This document shows positions 1 through 13,600 of a stretch of 64,000 nucleotides of DNA, piece after piece. The notes beneath the pieces were generated by a model. The model saw only the letters and a program-made list of their open reading frames with translations, had not been told where the DNA came from and did no database searches. The stretch is from Ylistrum balloti (lineage: Eukaryota): assembly GCF_031769215.1 (NCBI RefSeq), contig NW_026782454.1, forward strand, positions 434,001 through 498,000, in the 5' to 3' direction. Both the position numbers and the translations under genes were made by a program. How positions within the stretch are numbered: position 1 is the stretch's first letter; every line of letters begins with the position of its first letter.

Positions 1-529
1 GAGATGGGAGCAAATAGTGGGTCGATTCAGGATGAAAACATTATGGGTCAAAATGGGACAGTGGAAAAATTGGCAGATTGGTAATAAGTTCCAACTTGCG
101 TAGCGTATCAAAGGCAGTGACTATTTTACAACAATTGGAAGAACATAATTCTTGAACTTGTATGGGGAAATAAACTCACTCTTTGGGGGACTAGAGACGG
201 TAAAATTCCTAGAATTGTACTGTGTGAATTGCTCAGCGATGTAAACACGTCCGACATCTTGAAATGTTAAGCATACGACACAGAAAATGGAAATCCCGCT
301 ACCAAATATAGACAGGAGTTCCGAGAAGGGGGATAACCCTGCTACACTAACATGACAATTTCTTAATTTATATTAACCACGATAAAATCACACCTTTGTG
401 CGATAGAACTGCACAATGTGCATACAAATATATGATAACTTATTTCGTTCAATTTTCCTATCATGTGCACATCCTGCAGACATGGTGTGTACATCACACA
501 TTGTGTAACTTTGTGCGATCCCACAACTG

Positions 530-1400
530 TACAGATGTGTTCATGTATCATTAAAAAATTCTGGACCACCTGAATCATTACAACCAGGTTATCTTAAAGT
601 GACCTAATTTGAGTCTGTTTTTGTTTCATTTTTCTGTAATGTCAGTATCTGGTCTTAGAGCAGGCCATTCCATACAATGTGGTTTAGTTACATATATTCT
701 TTTACTGCTCAGACTCCATGAACGGGAGCATCGTTTTGATGTATATAGTTACTATTGGGGCAGTGGTGAGCAATAACTGGCCAGGCACAATGATCTCTAT
801 ACATTTAGAAGCCTTGATATTTACAACGATAATTTTTCCCATCATATATAATGCATTCCCTGGTAATTCAACTCATGCATGCTCCATGATAGGATTCCAG
901 CGAGTTGGTGACCACTCTTCTCCGAGTTGTCTAGTTCAAACTTACACTCATCACTAAAGATTATGCATTTGTTTACATACAGTTTTTACTTTCTGTTTAA
1001 TTTACACCTCACATCTTGTCACATTTTCTTTACAAATACATACATTTATCTTTTAAGTATTCCTTTTGACAGAGTATGAGGTCGAAATTCATTCAATAAG
1101 GAGGATCTTTCTTGTAGATGCTTTCTATTTGATTTTACAACAGCTCCATGTCAACGAATATCTATCTCTGACAACAAAAGTGGCTTCCACTTTAGTTTTC
1201 TATACTTCTTTGATCAGCCTTTCAGACAAAACACCATATATTTTTTATGGAGAAATTTGCATACAAACTGCATCTTCATAAGCAGAAGTGAAAGAAAAGA
1301 GAAAATTATCTTCATCTTTTTGACACACTTTTGTAGCTGTTCAAAACTTTCATTCATACCATAAATGCACTGAAGAATGTAACATACGATGTATATCAGC
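530..1400 (-). mobile_element. decayed Tc1/mariner (Tc1-like) DNA transposon
   Basis: Minus-strand translation across frameshifts and stops gives IIFSDECKFEL (968-933; first catalytic D), NYIHQNDAPVHG (~750-720; second D region) and CMEWPALRPD (~680-645; WPxxSPD motif), with an upstream HTH-like region (AVVKSNRK...NEFR, ~1200-1050). TA-CAG terminus at 530-534. The right boundary is approximate. Confidence 0.75.
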
Positions 1401-1668
1401 AATACAACTTTCACCTAGATGTATAATAGGTTTACATTCTGCGGATTGTAAGCTTTCAGGTCATCGTTACCTCCCCACATAGCCTTTCTCAACAAAGACT
1501 TTCTCAGAAACTGTGAATGACTTTAACAGTAAGATTGTATGCATTCGTCTGAGCCAAAAAAGATTAACTTCAGTTGGAATAGGTTAAGTTCTGGAAAGTA
1601 ACTGAAGTTTTATTTTAATGATACGACTACAAAAGTTATCACTTCAAGAAGAAACATTTCACTTTCAG

Positions 1669-4600
1669 GTCCTGGTGGAGAAGACTGTCAAGAACCAAGC
1701 AGCAGATAAATATGTGGCAGAATTCCGTTCTTATGATGGCGGGTAAATATGTAGCAATATCTTAAAGTGTTTCTCCTTCTGTATATTAGTCTGAGATTCT
1801 TATAATGGCAGTTACTATTTACAAATTGATATAACATGTTTTTGTCTAGAATAAGCTGTGATACTACCCATTGTGGAAAAAGGAGAAATATTGGCCTATT
1901 TTGAGAAATTTCTGAAAACATGTTCTCTATTCTAAAATATTCTAAAGAAGGAGGGATAGGATAATATATATGTCATACATGAAGAAAAGATAGCATGACA
2001 CGAAAATGTATAAATGTACACTAATTAGCTCTGTTTTGTATAAATTTTTCTCTGTTTTGGAGAAACTTCTCTATGTTTTCAGCATATTTTTTCAATGGAA
2101 GATTTCATATTCAGAGGGGAAAACATAATTTGATTAATATCCATTGGAAATACTTCAGACTTGGTTAGAGTTATGAGTGAAGGATAACAGTTTGATAGTA
2201 TGCCCATATTGATCCTGACCCCCAGGGGCTGATGAGTGGGGTAAAAAGGAATCAGATTGACTTAAGTTTCAAAAATCTTCTTCTCATCTTCTCAACACCC
2301 AGATGTGGTGGTAGAATCAAATGCTCTGTAGGAATGGAAGCATCTTAAGGTGCTTTAATAACCAAAATGGGTCTCACATTTCTTCCTGGGGAGGAATATG
2401 TTTTTTTAGCCTTTACTGAATTTTTCACAGAAAAATTGCATTTTTGAGCATAATGTTGGTTCATTTCTATTTCATGACACTTGATAACTACTGTTAAATC
2501 TATAAATTCAATATTGCTTATCTCAGTTGACCATCAAGGCCATTAGGCCTCTTGTTCCTTTAAACAACTTCTCAATAAGCAATGGACCAACTGACTTATA
2601 TTCAAGGGCATAGGGGTTAGATTTGTTGAAACTTTCAAATTACTTCTTCTCATGAACTGAAAGGCTTAAAGGCATATTTGGCTGATATGTTCCTATGAGG
2701 AAGCTTGACAAAATTTGCGAAAATAAATGACCTTGATATATATTCAAGGTCATAGATGTCAGATTTGTTAAAAGGCCTAGAGGCATGATAATTGGCTCGT
2801 ATGTTCCTAGAGTGAAGCCTAACAAAAGTTTTTAAAAGGATATGACCTTGAATTATATGCAGGGTTATAGTGGTCAGATTTGTTAAAACATTTAAATTAC
2901 TTTTTCTCATGAACTAGAAGGCCTAGAGGCATGATATTTGCAAGGTATGTTTCTATGATGAAGTCCGACAAAGTTTATTAAATGGAATGACCTTGACCTA
3001 TGTTCAAGGTCACAGTAGTCAGATTTGTAAAAAAAACCTTTACATAACTTCTTCTTGTGAACTTAAAGGCTTAGAGCCATGATATTTGGATGATATATAT
3101 ATCAGGTGATCAGTGCAGGCCCATTGGGCCTCTTGCTCTGGTAGTAAAATTTTTCTAGATTAATCTCTGTATAAAGACAGGTAAATGTATTGGTGCATTA
3201 TCTACATTTATAATTATGGTCAATTCAAGTGAATCAGTAATTTCTGTCCATATAAGGTTGTTATGAATTAATCATTATACTTCATGTATACATCCATAGG
3301 GTTATTATCAATTATTGTATTACATGTATCTATTTATAGAATGTCATTATAACTAAACCATAGTACTATCTCTGTGTATACGGGCATTATAAATGAATAG
3401 TTGCACTACATGTATATGTCCATATAAGGTCATTATGAATTATTTATTATAATTAATAACTTGTTGTTTACTATAGTGACACAGAGAAGAAGCTGGCTAT
3501 GGATCAAGCTTTGAGAGATGTCATGCATGCCTCTGTGGTGAGTTTGTTGGTGATAATGAATACAAAAATTATAGAACAAAGAATCACCCAAAACTATCGT
3601 CATATGAGGAAAATGTATGGGTCATGTGTGATATATAACTCACTAAACTTCACCAGTTACTAAAGGAAATTCTGCCTCAGTATGACCCAGCTGGCTGTTC
3701 ATTGGGTTATAAACTCAATATGACCCAACTTTGTAACCCCATACACAACTTTGTAACCCCATACACAACTTTGTAACCCCATTCACAACTTTGTAACCCC
3801 ATACACAACTTTGTTACCCCATACACAACTTTGTAACCCCATACACAAATTTGTAACCCCATACACAACTTTGTAACCTTATACACAACTTTGTAACCCC
3901 ATACACAACTTTGTAACCCTAAACACAACTTTGTAACCCCATACACAACTTTGTTACCCCATAAACAACTTTGTAACCCCATACACAACTTTGTAACCCC
4001 ATACACAACTTTGTAACACCATACACAACTTTTTAACATCATACACAAATTTGTAACCCCATACACAACTTTGTAACATCATACACAACTTTGTAACACC
4101 ATACACAACTTTTTAACATCATACACAAATTTGTAACCCCATACACAACTTTGTAACCTCATACACAACTTTGTAACCTCATACACAACTTTGTAACCCC
4201 ATACACAACTTTGTAATCTCATACACAACTTTTTAACATCATACACAACTTTGTAATATCATATACAACTTTGTAACCACATACACAACTTTGTTACCCC
4301 ATACACAACTTTGTAACCCCATACACAACTTTGTTACCCCATACACAACTTTGTAACACCATACACAACTTTGTAACCACATACACAAATTTGTAACCCC
4401 ATACACAACTTTGTAACCTCATACACAACTTTGTAACATCATACACAACTTTGTAACATCATATACAACTTTGTAACCACACACACAACTTTGTTACCCC
4501 ATACACAACTTTGTAACCCTAAACACTACTTTGCAACCCCATACACAACTTTTGAAACCCTATACACAACTTTTGAAACCCTATACACAACTTTGTAACT

Positions 4601-7600
4601 TAATGAATCCTTGCATTTTCAGTCTTTGTAATCTCTGTTATGATGCTTCTGTTTACAGACCAACCATCCTAATTACGAAGTGTGCCAGTCCGTTATACAA
4701 ACTGCAGTAGAACTGGCCACACAGGGTATGTATACAGCGCAACGTGTACCATTTGATGTAGTAGTGTTATCCACCGAAATGTGTTGGATTGCTGGCTTTA
4801 TTACAAGATATAAAATGGTACTCTGACCTGGCAGAGTTACCTCCCTACCATGTCCTTCTATGAACATTCAATGCACCAAAAATAACTGAAACATGGACCA
4901 ACTAAGCATTTTTATAATGCCACCTTTCATGCTAATGAAGATGGGGATTCCCTGAGTGTCTATAAATAGAACACCCATGTTGACCAAACTTGTGATTCTG
5001 TTGAGAGAAATGCATAGTGATTTAATACAACATGTATTTCAAAGCATATGACAAATGGAAGTGTGCCAGGTTAAGTTATAGAGGAAATAAATCAGTTTTA
5101 GGGTTTAGTTGTGGGTATGTTAGGATAATGGTAATAATGGTTGGCTGAAGGAGCACTTTATGTAAATCATGCCAAGTATGTCGCTCCATATTCATGAGTG
5201 AAGTTCAAATATCTGATTAAAAAAAAGACCTTCACCAATCATAGATTAATGTACTGAGAACTATGTTGATCTTCCTGTGATGTAAAACTGTAACGTGCTT
5301 AATAATCAGTACAATCAATGGACTGTGTAAGCCAAGCATAAAAATAGAGATTAAATAATGGATGTTTTTATCTTCAGAGGCTTGTGCACCTTCCACACCA
5401 TTCCTTCTTTTGTCTGATGTCTTTGATGTTGTAACCCTGAGTCAATGTGAGGAACTCTTCTGTCTCGTGGAGGACAGATTAAGTACCTGGAAGTCTGTAA
5501 GTGACAAACCTAGCATTAAAATGATATACCATTTTTATATTAACCAGTCTGGTGATAAATATCATAATTGTGTCTTCCTTAGGTTTAAAAATTCATGTTT
5601 CTACCTCATTAAAGGTCGATAATTCAATTATTATGATATGTAGTTCATGTGTCTTTTTAAAGAGAATTAAATTGAGTGAAAATTGTATATATTGGATGTC
5701 TGATATGAATATATCAATATTTGATATTAACCTATTTATCATTTGAGAATGTGACATTACTTACTTTGATTTACCAAGATTTACATGGCTGTTGTTGTCA
5801 GTGAAGCATAGCATCTGAAAAGATTACATGCCCTGTACTTTTTCAGGTGTTTCCTTGTAAATTTTTCTTTCCTTCATATTTTGCCCTAGTTTCATTGAAT
5901 TGAGTTTAAATTTAGATTTTGTTGACATGATGGTGTTATTGTATAGCAGTACTAAGCTGACAGTAAATCAGAATCTGTAGATCTCACTTTATTGAATTAA
6001 ATCAACTAAAGCCGTCAGTAATGATGTTTATTTCCGTTTTTTTTTTTTACTAAAGGAAACGTTTTATACAGCAGGCAAAAACTACTTACTCAGGATGTGT
6101 AACGGTAAGGAACAGCAGGACTTGTAGCTGGCATTTGGTCATCACAGAAGTCAATTCACAAACCAGAAATCAAATCACTAACCAGAGGTCAAATCTCTAA
6201 CCAGAAGTCAAATCACTAATCAGAGGTCAAATCACTAATCAGAGGTCAAATCACTAACCAGAGGTCAAATCACTAACCAGAAATCAAATCACTAACCAGA
6301 GGTCAAATCTCTAACCAGAAGTCAAATCACTAATCAGAGGTCAAATCACTAACCAGAGGTCAAATCACTAACCAGAGGTCAAATCACTGACCAGAGGTCA
6401 AATCACTGACCAGAGGTCAAATCACTAACCAGAGGTCAAATCACTAACCAGAAGTCAAATCACTAACCAGAGGTCAAATCACTAACCAGAAGTCAAATCA
6501 CTAACCAGAGGTCAAATCACTAACCAGAAATCAAATCACTAACCAGAGGTCAAATCACTAACCAGAAATCAAATCACTAACCAGAGGTCAAATCACTAAC
6601 CAGAGGTCAAATCACTGACCAGAAGTCAAATCACTGACCAGAGGTCAAATCACTGACCAGAGGTCAAATCATTAACCAGAGGTCAAATCACTAACCAGAA
6701 TTCAAATCACTAACCAGAGGTCAAATCACTAACCAGAAGTCAAATCACTAACCAGAGGTCAAATCACTAACCAGAAGTCAAATCACTAACCAGAAGTCAA
6801 ATCACTAACCAGAATATCAAATCACTAACCAGAGGTCAAATCACTAACCAGAGGTCAAATCACTAACCAGAGGTCAAATCACTAATCAGAGGTCAAATCA
6901 CTAACCAGAATATCAAATCACTAACCAGAGGTCAAATCACTAACCAGAGGTCAAATCACTAACCAGAAGTCAAATCACTAACCAGAAGTCAAATCACTAA
7001 CCAGAGGTCAAATCACTAACCAGAGGTCAAATCACTAACCAGAGGTCAAATCACTAACCAGAAATCAAATCACTAACCAGAGGTCAAATCACTAACCAGA
7101 AGTCAAATCACTAACCAGAGGTCAAATCACTAACCAGAGGTCAAATCACTAACCAGAATATCAAATCACTAACCAGAGGTCAAATCACTAACCACAGGTC
7201 AAATCACTAACCACAGGTCAAATCACTAACCAGAAGTCAAATCACTAATCAGAAGTCAAATCACTAATCAGAGGTCAAATCACTAACCAGAGGTCAAATC
7301 ACTAACCAGAAGTCAAATCACTAACCAGAGGTCAAATCACTAACCAGAATATCAAATCACTAACCAGAGGTCAAATCACTAACCACAGGTCAAATCACTA
7401 ACCAGAAGTCAAATCACTAACCACAGGTCAAATCACTAACCAGAAGTCAAATCACTAACCAGAAGTCAAATCACTAACCAGAGGTCAAATCACTAATCAG
7501 AGGTCAAATCACTAACCAGAAGTCAAATCACTAACCAGAAGTCAAATCACTAATCAGAGGTCAAATCACTAACCAGAAGTCAAATCACTAACCAGAAGTC

Positions 7601-10600
7601 AAATCACTAACCACAGGTCAAATCACTAACCAGAAGTCAAATCACTAACCAGAGGTCAAATCACTAACCAGAGGTCAAATCACTAATCAGAGGTCAAATC
7701 ACTAACCAGAGGTCAAATCACTAACCAGAGGTCAAATCACTAACCAGAATATCAAAATATACATGGAAAAAACTCAAACTCAAGAATATTACTTCAGGAG
7801 AATTTTTCATTATTTTATAAATTTATCTCTTCTGATGGATGGAATAAATACAATATATATTTTTCTCATGTGAACTTCCTTTGAAATGTTTGATAAATTT
7901 GTGATATTGTAGGTGAAGGAGATATATTTGAAATATGTTAAGAAAAAAATATCTTGAATGGTTGTGAATTTTCTTTCATTTTGTATGAAAAAATATGTCT
8001 TTACACTCTTGTCCTCAAATTAAGACGTATTGTGTATACTTTCTTTCAGACCTTCTCCGCAGACTCTCAAAGTCTCAGAACACTGTGTTTTGTGGACGGA
8101 TACAGCTGTTTCTGTCTAGACTATTTCCTCTGTCAGAGAAATCAGGTGAGAAACTTTGGTTGGACCTCTTTAATCACAGTACAGCTACGGTAATTGTAAG
8201 TCTAAGATAAATGTAAAATGTCTTGTTTATCAGAAAATTGGTATTCGATTGATAACGCTTACCTCTCTTAATCTGCTTGTTTTTGTTTTATTTTTTCTGG
8301 TTTTATCGCCTGGTGAAAAAGATCATTTTGAGATGAGGATCTCTTTGTAGTAGGTGATGAGTACATCACTGAACATCATGAATTGATACAAATACCTGTC
8401 TATCAAGTCCACCTGTATATAACAAATACCTGTCTATAATTCCACCTGTATTTAACAAATACCTGTCTATAAAGTCCTGTATGTAACAAGTACCTGTCTA
8501 TAAAGTCCACCTGTATTTAACAAATACCTGTCTATAAAGTCCTGTATTTAACAAATACGTGTCTATAAAGTCCTCCTGTATATAACAAATACCTGTCTTT
8601 AAAGACCACCTGTATTTGAACAAATACCTGTCTTTAACAACCTCCTGTTTGTGAATAAGTACCTGTCTTTAACAACCACCTATATATAACATACCTGTCT
8701 ATAAAGGTCATTTGTATATAACAAATACCTGTCTATAAAGTCCTCCTGTATTTAACAAATACCTGTCTATAAAATCCTCCTGTATAAAACAAATACCTGT
8801 CTATAAAGACCTTATGTATATAACAAGTACCTGTCTATAAAGTCCACCTATATTTAACAAATACCTGTCTATAAAGCCCTCCTGTATATAACAAATACCT
8901 GTCTATAAAGGCCACATGTATATAATAAATACCTGTCTATAAAGGCCACATGTATATAACAAATACCTGTCTACAAAGTCCACCTGTATATAACAAATAC
9001 CTTTTTATAACGGTCAGATGTATATAACAAATACCTGTCTTTAAAGACCACCTGAATTTGAACAAATACCTGTCTTTAACAACCTCCTGTATGTGAACAA
9101 GTACCTGTCTTTAACAACCTCCTGTATGTGAACAAGTACCTGTCTTTAACAACCACCTATATATAACATACCTGTCTATAAAGGTCATTTGTATATAACA
9201 AATACCTGTCTAAAGAACATCAGCACACAGCAAATACCTGTCTATAAAGGCCACTTATACATAACAACTACCTATCTTAAAATGTAACCCACAATGGTGT
9301 AGTTATAGTGAAAAAAATCCCTCTAGATGTGTAATTGTACTAGCTGTTAATGTGACAGTGTATTGAAGTGTGTTTTCTATTCCAGCATTAAATTTAATGA
9401 GTCAGTTCAACTTAGAAAATGTGACAACCTACACAACTAAGGCAGACAGATTTGAGGTAGGACCATCCACTCTGAGACATATTGTCACTTATTATAAGTA
9501 CTCAGTCTTATGGTATTGTTAAACTTATTTTTATGATATAAATTTTCATAATTCTCAAATATTTAATTGCCTGTATCATGTCTGTAGTATTCCTGGCAGT
9601 GTGTGATGCTGGGAAGATAAACAGGTACTCACCTGATAATGGGCTTATTTCAGGACATAACAATCTGTAGTTCTACTAGTTCCACTGAGTAGTGATAGAT
9701 ATAGGTGGGCTTATTACCAGGCATAGGCTTATTGCCCGAGAAAATAATTGAAGCAGAAATGAAGAAGAAAAATGATTGCTTATACTATATGCACAGAGAT
9801 GTAGGTCCAGATACTCTGACAGTGTGAAATGTCATTGATCTTTGTTTTCTGTTGAAGACGGAGTTGAAGGGAGATGTAGGTACAGGTACTCTGACAGTGT
9901 GAAATGTCATTGATCTTTGTTTTCTGTTGAAGACGGAGTTGAAGGGAGATGGAATGGAAGTGGAAGATGGAGAAACAGATGACCAACCAAAGTAATAATT
10001 TAGAAATCAATTAAAACAATAGAGAAACTATGACAACCAGCTGGATTCAAATAATAGTTTTTAACCAGAGGACAACCACTTACAAGTAAAGTTTTCACTG
10101 TGTTACTATGACAACCACAATCACATTTACCTTTGCTTTTTCCGTTTGTGCAAACTCAAAAGTTTTTGTGGGGTTTTTTTGCGAGATTACATAGATGATA
10201 TACATTTTTGGGTATTGTGTTAATTATGGCAACATTATTGATAATGTGACAAAAATTCAGATCCGTATGGTAACCATGACAACCACTCAGAAAGAATTGG
10301 GTTACTATGACAACTACTCACAGCAGTGTTGTTTCCCCAACTGCCACTCAGGGCAATATGGTTGCCATGATTACTGTAGAGAAATGTTGTTACCATTTAG
10401 AATTTTGTTAACTGTGACAATCATTTAAGAACATTTGTTCTAATTTCATGTTCTTTGTTGTATTTTTTGATAAATAAATATTTCATGGTCTTGTTATAAA
10501 GCATGATATTGTGACACTTCCTTTCTTTGTTTTCTTCCTAGACCAGTGGACTACAACTTATACAGAAGGTTCTGGGCATTACAAGATTTCTTCAGAAAAC

Positions 10601-13600
10601 CAACACAGTGCTATGAAAAAGTTCCCTGGAAAATGTTTCAAATGGTATATTTTGCTGTATAAGTGTTCATGTGTGACTCTCATTTAAATATTACATAGAA
10701 GATTACATATGTTATATTGGATTTTTTTAATAAAAACATATATTACTGTATATTAAACAGTGTGTTTAATTCCACGTGACACATCCTTTATAATCGAATA
10801 TCCCAAGTTCATGACAAAGTAGTGAAAAATATTCTTTCTTTCTCTGATATTTTGTTTTAGTCAGTATGACTTGTGTTGTCAGTATTGATTTGTGCATTCA
10901 GTTAAAGTAAAACGAAATTTTAGTCTCCTTAAAATTCTGATTTCTAATCACCTGTTTAAATTTTAATGATGGCTGTGGATTTAAATTTTACTTTTGAGCT
11001 ATTTTTTATCCTTCACAGAACTCAGATGAGGTGCTCAGTGCTTTCAATAGTGCAAAACTAGATGACATGAAGTCCTCACGCAAAAAAGTTGCAATGCCTC
11101 GTCCAGCTGACACCACAGCCTTTTTTGCCAAGTACTTGACCAGTGAAAAGGTATCTAAACTATGTTCATATGAAAACGTTCTGTAGATATACACAGCATT
11201 ACATAACTCAGGCCACTGTCAAGGCTGCAAGGCTTCTTGTTTTAGCATAAAATGTTTTGAACAGATCATCACTAGATGAAATTATCATCATGGATTTATA
11301 TACCAAAACCTAAGTAATGATAAAGAAGGCCATGGATATCTAATATGAAAAAAACCAGGTGAAGGCACAGGTGTGTTTTGTTGGTAGAGCCTAGAGGAGA
11401 ATCTAACTTTCATTAATCACAAGAATTAGAAATCTACAGCAAGAGAGCAAGTACATGTTAAATATTAATAATGATTATAAATATTCTTGAATGTCAAATA
11501 TTGAACAATTTTGTTATACTTAGCTATTGTATACAGTGTACACAGTGAAATTTAAGTGGAAGGTTTAATCATGATTAAAACTTAACATGAGTAAATTCTC
11601 AGAAAAAATTTTTAAAAATTGATAATAGGTCTAATATTCTTTGGAGAAATATGTGATAATGCAGACAAGATATTGAAAATTTGATCATGTGACTATTATT
11701 ATCTTTATCACCAGTTGATGGACCTGCAGCTAAATGATAGTAACTTCCGGAGGTATGTTCTTGTCCAGTTCCTCATCCTTTTCCAGTACCTCAACTCACA
11801 AGTCAAGTTTAAAGGGTGAGTGACATTGTCTGTCATGTTGTGACATTGTCCATTGTGTTGTGACATTGTCCATTGTGTTGTGACATTGTCCATTGTGTTG
11901 TGAAATAGTCCATTGTGTTGTGACATTGTCCATTGTGTTGTGACATTGTCCATTGTGTTGTGAAATTGTCTGTCATGTTGTGACATTGTCCATTGTGTTG
12001 TGACATTGTCCATTGTGTTGTGACATTGTCTATCAGGTTGTGACATTGTCCATTGTGTTGTGACATTGTCCATTGTGTTGTGAAATTGTCTGTCATGTTG
12101 TGACATTGTCAGTTGTGTTGTGACATTGTCTGTCATGTTGTGACATTGTCCATTGTGTTTTGACATTATCTGTCATGTTGTGACATTGGCTGTCATGTTG
12201 TGACATTGTCTGTCAGGTTGTGACATTGTCCATTGTGTTATGACATTGTCCATTGTGTTGTGACATTGTCCATTGTGTTGTGACATTGTCCATTGTGTTG
12301 TGACATTGTCCATGGTGTTGTGACATTGTCCATTTTGTTGTGACATTGTCCATTGTGTTGTGACATTGTCCATTGTGTTGTCCATTGTGTTGTGACATTG
12401 TCCATTGTGTTGTGACATTGTCTGTCATGTTGTGACATTGTCCATTGTGTTGTGACATTGTCCATTGTGTTGTGACATTGTCCATTGTGTTGTGACATTG
12501 TCCATTGTGTTGTGACATTGTCTGTCATGTTGTGACATTGTCTGTCATGTTGTTACATTGTCCATTGTGTTGTGACATTGTCTATCAGGCTGTGACATTG
12601 TCCATTGTGTTGTGACATTGTCCATTGTGTTGTGACATTGTCCATTGTGTTGTGAAATTGTCTGTCATGTTGTGACATTGTCAATTGTGTTGTGACATTG
12701 TCATGTTGTGACATTGTCCATTGTGTTTTGACATTATCTATCATGTTGTGACATTGTCTGTCATGTTGTGACATTGTCAGTCAGGTTGTGACATTGTCCA
12801 TTGTGTTATGACATTGTCCATTGAGTTGTGACATTGTCCATTGTGTTGTGACATTGTCCATTGTGTTGTGACATTGTCCATGGTGTTGTGACATTGTCCA
12901 TTGTGTTGTGACATTGTCCATTGTGTTGTGACATTGTCTGTCATGTTGTGACATTGTCCATTGTGTTGTGACATTGTCCATTGTGTTGTGACATTTTGAT
13001 GTTTACATGTGGATAAGTTTATAAGTAAGAGTAAAACTTTTGTTTTAATTGCATGTTCACTCTTCAACAGAAAAGTGTTTTCTCTGAAATGACTTTGTAT
13101 TGGGTGTTTTTGGAAGATGAGAAATCAATTTAATTTTTGGTCCAGGTTTAAGGTTGTGTTGACACCCAAAATGATTTTCAAGTTTATTGTGATTTTATGT
13201 AATGTGTTTAAAGTAGACATATAAGTTTATCCTTATTTGAAGTGGTGTTTCTATATTTGGACAGAATTATGTGTCTATCCTTATTTGAAGTGGTATGTCT
13301 ATATTTGGACAGAATTATGTGTCTATCCTTATTGGAAGTGGTGTTTCTATATTTGGACAGAATTATGTGTCTATCCTTATTTGAAGTGGTATGTCTATAT
13401 TTGGACAGAATTATGTGTCTATCCTTATTGGAAGTGGTGTTTCTATATTTGGACAGAATTATGTGTCTATCCTTATTTGAAGTGGTATGTCTATATTTGG
13501 ACAGAATTATGTGTCTATCCTTATTGGAAGTGGTGTTTCTATATTTGGACAGAATTATGTGTCTATCCTTATTTGAAGTGGTATGTCTATATTTGGACAG

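Noticed and set aside
1566-1609. 10-bp inverted repeat AACTTCAGTT/AACTGAAGTT upstream of exon 2
   Set aside because: Short, AT-rich and isolated, so compatible with chance.
1-1668. THOC1 exon 1
   Set aside because: No ATG-bearing phase-0 exon resembling the THOC1 N-terminus was found; the region is transposon debris.
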